Translations under genes and position numbers: made by a program
Assembly: GCF_001194135.2 (NCBI RefSeq)
Contig: NC_068994.1
Span: 8,755,940 to 8,819,939, forward strand
Origin: Octopus bimaculoides
Lineage: Eukaryota
Length of the DNA stretch: 64,000 nt
Direction of reading: 5' to 3'
Shown here: positions 55,910 through 64,000 of the stretch, piece by piece
How positions within the stretch are numbered: the first letter of the stretch is position 1
Layout: every line of letters begins with the position of its first letter
The notes under the pieces: generated by a model
The model's input: the letters and a program-made list of their open reading frames with translations, nothing else
Database searches by the model: none
What the model was told of the DNA's origin: nothing

Positions 55910-56879
55910 CGTGCGTGCGAATGCACAGATGCAAATATGCAATGTAAGAGATGTACTAAAGACGTTGTATTTATAGGTTCACTGTTTATGTTATATGCAA
56001 ATGCCACAGCTCTGAATAATCTCATTGCTTATTAGCTATTTATGGAACGGTTTCGTTACGGTGTACCACTGTTTACGATTTATGATGTATGCCATACTAC
56101 AAATCTGTCTGACATTCTGTGTTTGACTGCACTTCTTATCTGGAAAACTCTCTTCCTCTTTCCCAAACACACACATATATATGTATATATATATATTTAC
56201 GCATATATACATGTTTATCTACGTATACACAGATTTATACTTATGTATAAATATAAATATACATATGTGAGACCGTGTGAGTTTCTGGGTGTGCGTGTAC
56301 ACTTTCCGTTACAGAGACAAGGCCTCACAAACATCATCTTTACCATCATATTCGCATGCTTAAGACATGCAATAAATTCAGTGCTCACGTTAAAGCAATG
56401 TTTGCGTATATGTATAGCATACATACATTTTTAGCATTCAGTCTGACACATATTACATTTTATTATGCCTAAAAATCACTGTGGAATAGTGTTGGANNNN
56501 NNNNNNNNNNNNNNNNNNNNNNNNNNNNNNNNNNNNNNNNNNNNNNNNNNNNNNNNNNNNNNNNNNNNNNNNNNNNNNNNNNNNNNNNNNNNNNNNNNNN
56601 NNNNNNNNNNNNNNNNNNNNNNNNNNNNNNNNNNNNNNNNNNNNNNNNNNNNNNNNNNNNNNNNNNNNNNNNNNNNNNNNNNNNNNNNNNNNNNNNNNNN
56701 NNNNNNNNNNNNNNNNNNNNNNNNNNNNNNNNNNNNNNNNNNNNNNNNNNNNNNNNNNNNNNNNNNNNNNNNNNNNNNNNNNNNNNNNNNNNNNNNNNNN
56801 NNNNNNNNNNNNNNNNNNNNNNNNNNNNNNNNNNNNNNNNNNNNNNNNNNNNNNNNTATATATATATACATATATATGC

Positions 56880-56925
<46 letters not shown>

Positions 56926-57462
56926 ATGCACGTACGTATGTGTATGTGTGTGATATACCCTTATAGCTCTTCACTGGCACTTGGCAAAGAGCACAAGTGT
57001 CGTATTCATACTATATATATGTAACACCCACACCAGACCTGTTTTTGTTTTGTAGTGAGGTGAAAATTCATTAATTGAATATGATTGTCTTTGTGATAAT
57101 TCTGTTGTTAGAGCATCAGAAGATCATGATTATAATCTTGTCGCAAATTGTTTTTGTATCCAACAATACAGACTAAGAAGCAAAGATTAAATCAGGTTGC
57201 TGTCTGGAGTTGTTGACGCAAAAATATTACCTAACGGCAACATATCTTGGTTAATTCTTTGAACGTTTTCTTTTCAATATAGCGAATCTGTTTGATATTT
57301 TGAGAGCTGATTAAAATATGTCACTGCCTTTATGCAATAAACAACATACCATATTGTCGCATACGTACAAGCAATTTATGTTTCAGGTAAGCAACAATTA
57401 ACATTTTCTACACCTTTTGATATCTCAAAATCCATCAGTGTTACGCATACTGGTTTCAAAGT

Positions 57463-57913
57463 TTAGCACAGGGCCAGCAAGTTCGGGGGAGAGGAAAAGT
57501 CGATTGCATCGACCCTACGACTCATCTATTACATATTTTATCGATCCCGAAATGGATGAAAGGCAAAGTCCTCGTCGGCGGAATTTGAACTTCGAACGTA
57601 ATCCCGGACGAAATACTCCTATGTATTTTGCCTGGCGTGCTAACAATTCTTATTTCTTTATTGCCCACAAGGGGCTATAGAGAGGACAAACAAGGACAGG
57701 CAAAAAGATTAAATCGATTACATCGACCCCAGTCCGTAACTGGTACTTAATTTATCAACCACGAAAGGATGAAAGGCAAAGTCGACCTCGGCGGAATATG
57801 AACTCAGAACGTAACGGCAGACGAAATACTGCTAAGTATTTCGCCCGGCGGGCTAACGATTCTGCCAGCTCACCACCATGCGGCGTGCAAGCAATTCTGC
57901 CAGGTAGTCGTCC
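57463..57913 (-). mobile_element. Nested SINE family C (copy inserted into the head of another copy)
   Basis: Inner copy at about 57649-57878 splits the outer head; near-duplicated GGCGTGCTAACAATTC / GGCGTGCAAGCAATTC flanks. Confidence 0.9.
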
Positions 57914-59803
57914 TACAACATGGTACATATTGTGAAATATTCTCAACAACACCATATCGTCTTAGTTATGTTCCTCGAGTGTTTTTGCTTTCTACAGTAA
58001 TTTACCCGCTCAAGCTAATCACTGGAGGAAAGATTATCCCTAGTTGGAGAGGAAAATGTCACGCAAACTCCTTTAGCTCTCTTATTTTGCCCCTGACTAA
58101 TTCATACTAAGACAGAAACCGAAATCGTCTTTTGATTTGCTACGAACGTAAAATTTCCTGAAAATCGATTGCCAACTGCTTTCCATCGTATCGATTTGTC
58201 ACCATGAAACAGAACCACCTATTATTTTTAATGCTGGGGTGTAGACGATTAGGTCAACCGCAGTCGATCACTCATACTTATTTTACAGAAGAATGAAGGA
58301 TTAAAGCTAAAGTAGAAATTAGCAATATTTAAAATTAACGTTCCGAAATTGTAAGTATCGATTTCTAATATATATGCACAATATCTGGAACAACTGTATA
58401 ATCGATAGTATTGAACTTGATAATATAATGCTACTTATTTTATCGATCGTCAAGGTATGGTTGTTTAAGTTGATTCTTGCAGCGTTTCAACTTGGAATGT
58501 AAAGAAATGTATCTAGACACTGGAAGCTCCCAAGACCTCTTTTAATCTATCTGCTTTGAATTCAGACATAACTGCAGGTTCTCAAATTTGGAACATTGAA
58601 TATTTGATAATATCGACCCCACATCATGCCTTGTTACATAATTTATCTCCCCTGAAATCATAAAATTAAAAGATGACCCCAGTAGATTCGAAATTAGAAT
58701 ATAAATTATGGCAACTAGATATCACGTGGTATTTTCTCAGAGGTGCTCAGGATTCTGCTAGTTCATTGCTTCTGCAAATCGTGAGACATATTAGCGACAA
58801 TCTTCGACGTTTTAGTATCCATGAAGATATAATAGACATTAATAGAACTCTGTTAATTTCGTTAGGTGTATAGAGGTTTGAAACTGCAAATGGGAATGAT
58901 TAAAGGGAATTGACAATTTCCCTTACCTTAATTATGTGTTTATATCTAACTTCAAATGATTAATCAATTGTCCGTTTTGGCTGAATACAAATCTACGAGA
59001 TGAAAGTTCCTTAGATATGTTAACTATCAACTGAATCGGACTATAGTAACGTTTATATCCATAATGAAATACACAGGGAACAATGGAAACTTCATTTTCA
59101 TGTAGTACAGCCTATTACAGCGTTTCACCTTACAAGTATGTACTTGTGTAGAAAGTGTATCTTGTTGTTGATGCTGGTTATCCCTAGATCAATCATGGTT
59201 GAACAGACATATAATCAAAGAGATTCCAGCTAAGACAAGTCTGTATTTTACATAGGGGTATATTTACAGAAGTTCGCTTCTCAACCATGAGGTGTCGGAC
59301 TCGATTCCACTCTATGGCATCATGAGCAAGAAGTGTCCGCTCGACCCAAGAGTATTGAATGATATTGCATTCACAGGGCAGACTGTACCCTGTAAATCCA
59401 ACGTTCGACGAAGTCACAATATATTACTTTGAGTATCCTTGAGAATCATCTCAACAGTTCCTGAATCTCTTGGAAATTCAGCCACTGAGGTGGGAACTTT
59501 TTTGTTTTTGTTTTTTAGTTTTTCAGTTGAAATTAATCTGAGCGCTCACACATCGAAACCAATGGAGGCATCTATCAATCAACATAATATGTAGTTCTAC
59601 TTTAAAATAAGACATGTGTTTCGAGGGAGATTTGGCTGCGCAAAAATCATTGGAAGTCTGTATTTATACATTCTAATAACGGGTACATTGAAAATATATA
59701 TATNNNNNNNNNNNNNNNNNNNNNNNNNNNNNNNNNNNNNNNNNNNNNNNNNNNNNNNNNNNNNNNNNNNNNNNNNNNNNNNNNNNNNNNNNNNNNNNNN
59801 NNN

Positions 59804-59838
<35 letters not shown>

Positions 59839-59854
59839 TGAATATATATGTATC

Positions 59855-59887
<33 letters not shown>

Positions 59888-60517
59888 GATGTGATTGTGT
59901 GTGAAATAATGAAAATAAAACTGATCTTAACATGTAGATCTCGGGAATGTGTGTGTGTGTTTGTGTGTGTGTTTGTATGCATGCATGTATGCTTCAAGTT
60001 GAAAGTAAAACGATCTTAACATGCAGATCTGTGGATAGACACCGACAGAATTGAGTAATCAATCAGCCTTTGGTAGCTCGAAAATGTCTATTTGCATTAG
60101 CTTTGTGGAAAAAAAAAAACGGATTTAGGGCGGTGGGAGTCGGAGGCTTTGGTGCGGCGTGAGAAAGATTCTTGTATGTCTTAAATGTCTTAAATCATCA
60201 TACCTTTGTCGCTGTACAAACTAGACAAACATATTATGCTTTTATATAACAGAATTAACAAATAACCTGACAATTGTATGAAGCTTTTGTTGTTATTACA
60301 TATACATTGCTATTCGGTGAGAGGGCAGGGTTATTGGAGCGTTGGAAATATCCCATGTCTTTATAGTCTAAGTTCAAATTCCGCCATGGCAAACTTTGCA
60401 TAACGTAATTTTAAGTCATGGTAAATTCATGCGTTTTTAGATTCCATCTAATTTCTCGGCCAAATTTATGGAAATAGCAACCAAATCTACCTTTAATCAT
60501 TTTCTAATATCTTTAAT

Positions 60518-60910
60518 GTGGAGGCGCAATAGCCCAGTGGTTAGGGCAGCGGACTCGCGGTCATAGGATCGCGGTTTCGATTCCCAGACCGGGCGTTGTA
60601 AGTGTTTATTGAGCGAAAACACCGAAAAGCTCCACGAGGCTCTGACAGGGGATGGTGGCGAACCCTGCTGTACTCTTTCACCACAACTTTCTCTCACTCT
60701 TACTTCCTGTTTCTGTTGTGCCTGTAATTCAAAGGGTCAGCCTTGTCACACTGCGTCACGCTGAATATCCCCGAAAACTACGTTAAGGGTACACGTGTCT
60801 GTGGAATGCTCAGCCACTTGCACGTTAATTTTACGAGCAGGCTGTTCCGTTGATCGGATCAACTGGAACCCTCGACGTCGTAAGCGACGGAGTGCCAATA
60901 AAAAAAAAAA
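60518..60910 (+). mobile_element. Full-length young tRNA-derived SINE, family A
   Basis: About 16 substitutions in ~380 nt versus the copy at 8855-9240 (counted by eye); A-rich tail; no clean TSD. Confidence 0.95.
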
Positions 60911-61239
60911 TACTCTTTGAATGATGTAATCCGTAAAAGTTATTCCTAATTTTGGTACAAGGAAAATAATTGTAGATGTGAGCGTAAGTCAATTATATTA
61001 AGTCCAGTGATCAACTAGTAATCATTTTATCGATCTGGAAATGGCGGAGAGCAATACTTACGTTGGAGAAAATTTGAACTAAGAACTTTAAGAACTTGAA
61101 AATATTCTCCCAATGAATTTGTCCGAGGCTTTATCACATCTGCCAGCTAGTTGCTTTAATATAGTCTAAAATATTTTTTACAATAAAAGGAAGACAGAAA
61201 ATTTTCAAGGGAACAGACTAAGAGATTTACATAAGTACC

Positions 61240-61390
61240 AGTGCTTAACCAGTACTCATTTTATCGAGGAAGAATGGCTAAAAGACATGTTTAACATCGG
61301 TGTTATTTGAACACAAAGCATCAACTGGATGAGAAGCTGTTAAGCATTTTTCCTGACACACTAACTAATTTTGGCATCTCACCAACTTTT
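61240..61390 (-). mobile_element. Old degraded SINE family C (similar relics near 9375-9510, 32060-32220, 55530-55635, 60320-60400)
   Basis: Scattered matches to the family C body and head. Confidence 0.45.
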
Positions 61391-61911
61391 AGAATTAGAT
61401 AATAAAAGATGAAGAGTTACTATGTGGATTGTATTTTGATCACAGGTCTGCCTAATTTGGTCTAACATTGATCTAAACGACCAGAACAATAAAACATCAG
61501 TGCCAACAACAGCAACATTAACACAAACAGACTATTCTCGTTAAATGTCAGCTATATGTTGTTGAAAGCAGAACAACAGTCCCAAAATTGGTCAGTGATA
61601 TTTCAGCTGTACATTGGTAACACGTAAATTTTCAGGTCTTGGAAAACAAAAGCTTAAAACATGCTTCATTAAACATCAGACATAATCACTGTGTTTTTGT
61701 CTGTCGTAAATAATCAAATTAATTTCATCGTTTCAAATCAGCTGTGTATAAACTGAAATATATTACATTTGTTAACATATGCATATACACAATTACTTCT
61801 TATATACGCGTCAAGCTATATATCTGACTACCAAAACCTCTCATATATATATATATATATATATATTATATAGGTGTGTGTGTGTGTGTGTGTGTATATA
61901 TNNNNNNNNNN

Positions 61912-61969
<58 letters not shown>

Positions 61970-62104
61970 TGTGTGTGTATATATATATATATATATTCAC
62001 ATATATATACATATATGTATACGTATATAACTATATATCGATATATGTATGTATATAATGTATATATGTGAATATATACATCCCCTTCACAGTTCTGTCT
62101 GTTA

Positions 62105-62135
<31 letters not shown>

Positions 62136-64000
62136 TCTTTCTCCCTTATTCATGTAACTCACACGTGACCATTCGGCCATCTTTCTTTTTCTAACTTATG
62201 TCTCTTTCTTTCTCTCCGCTTTAGCTGGTTCAAGAAAACGTGTTCTTGTCTGTCTTCTGTCCAAGCTTGTTTGTACGTGTTCCCCACCACAACCTTGTTT
62301 AGGTAGCGCATATTAGGATCTAAACTAAAAACAAACCGTAGATGCGAACGAAACAAACTGAATGATACTAATAATTCGCTCTGCATTATTTTCCTTCGTA
62401 GATTAATTCACCTCTTTAAAGAAGTGCATTCTACTATTTGCAAGCAAAGGCTCATATGAAACGCTTCTATATATTCGATCCCATCAGTGTACGTAGGCTA
62501 ACTAAGCAAATTAGTAAATAAATTTTCACGAATAGAAAAAGATGTCCTTATGCTAAAACAGTTTGATCACAAAATACTGAACGTATGTAAATTATTTAAA
62601 CGACAGTAACTACCATTTATCGTCCGCAAAAAATTCCTTTGAAGATATATATTAGTAAATATACACAATATACACTAGATATTGCATAAAATATCATCAC
62701 GAGAGCAATGTATACGTATTTCACCGTTGTTGCAGCTTAACAATGATGCGTACTCGTGTCACTTCCGAAACAAAATCGAATCTGCTATTGTGAAGTATAT
62801 GCAGATAATTTATAAACTATTTACTGTGCTGCATTGGAACTGCATCAGTGGAATAATGGAATAAAACATTATCTGCATCACATATTTAACGTATATTTGA
62901 CCAAGGCCAACTGAAAATAAAAAGACCATCGATCGAAAATAAAAGGAAAAAAAAAATATTGAAAAGGCTGAGAAACATTTTATCAATGAAGTTCAAAATG
63001 TATTTGAAAACCATAAAAATATTATTTCAATTAATCAGATTTATATATATATATATATATATTTTTTAAATCGTTTATCTAACAAAATGTTTTCAGTCAC
63101 TTGAGTCCTATAAAGTGTAAAAGTAAAACATCATCTACGTAGACACCATTGGTAATAAAATCGTATATGTGGATATTTTTTCGAAACATTATATTAATAA
63201 AAATTCAACAGAGATTTAGAAGCCATAAGAATTCAATTTTAATAAAACAATAGTATTATTTTATTTTTATATTTCTCGAATATTATTTTAATATTTCGAC
63301 ATAAGGTGCTCTGTGTCAAAAATCATAATTGAACAGAGACTACCCGTCTCTGAATGTCTTTATGTGCATGTATGCATTTGTTTGTGTGTGTGTGTGTGTA
63401 AGTATTTCGTGGGTATACAACTGTAAGTATTGTGTATTTTATGTGACTACTTCAAAGACAGGCTATACGAATTAATGCTGTGCAAAAGCTTGAGACTGGG
63501 AGGGATATGACATGGATACCATTTGTGAGGCATTGAACAAACTTCCACTTACTATAATAAGTGAATAAATACTTACATACATACATGTGGCATGTATATA
63601 TGTACATGTAACCAACTTTAGATTAAAGCAAATATGTTCGGAGCATATTTAAACTTTTAAATACAACTTCATTGCAGTCTAGAGCAGAGAAAAAATTCCT
63701 CATTTATATTAATGGTTTAAATAAAGCATTACCTTCTCCGCAGCGCACTTTTTGAAGCCTAGATGAAGCTATGACCCTTTATGCTGTCCTCAGTAAGATC
63801 TTAGCTGACAGAAAACTTAACTTTTAATGAACGCAATTCATTTATTAATATTGATGACTGATTTGCGTTAGTAGACCGCACGGCCTGAACAAATGCATTA
63901 ATAGAAGTGCAAAGCTTTGATGAGAAATAGTAAATAATTAGTTCAATTCAAATAGGCTTGTGACATATTTTATTTTCTAAAAGCAATTTTACTGAGGTTC

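Noticed and set aside
60518-60600. tRNA-like heads of the SINEs as tRNA genes
   Set aside because: They continue into SINE bodies and lack a proper acceptor stem; no true tRNA, rRNA or CRISPR array was seen in the window.

Overview
Eukaryotic, AT-rich, mostly non-coding DNA from a gapped short-read assembly. The dense (TA)n/(CA)n/(TAGA)n microsatellites and four recurring tRNA-headed SINE families point to an octopus or related cephalopod (inference from repeat content, no search run). Almost every ORF in the supplied track is a microsatellite or N-gap artefact. Recognisable elements: about 30 SINE copies (two with clean target-site duplications, two nested SINE-in-SINE), a mariner transposase pseudogene, 3' fragments of an RTE LINE and of an R4/Dong-like element sitting in an (AAT)n tract, and decayed CR1-like, Penelope-like and DNA-transposon relics. 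The main hypothesis is a long-intron minus-strand gene: two fairly well supported exons (25905-26134, 4559-4699) plus several short phase-compatible candidates chain into a peptide that weakly resembles, by eye, the amino-terminal domain of ionotropic glutamate receptors. That model is speculative and needs RNA-seq and HMM tests. Other leads: an AG|GTAAGA recursive-splice-like site, an in-frame UGA in the candidate first exon, and a hammerhead-like motif in a (TA)n-embedded element.
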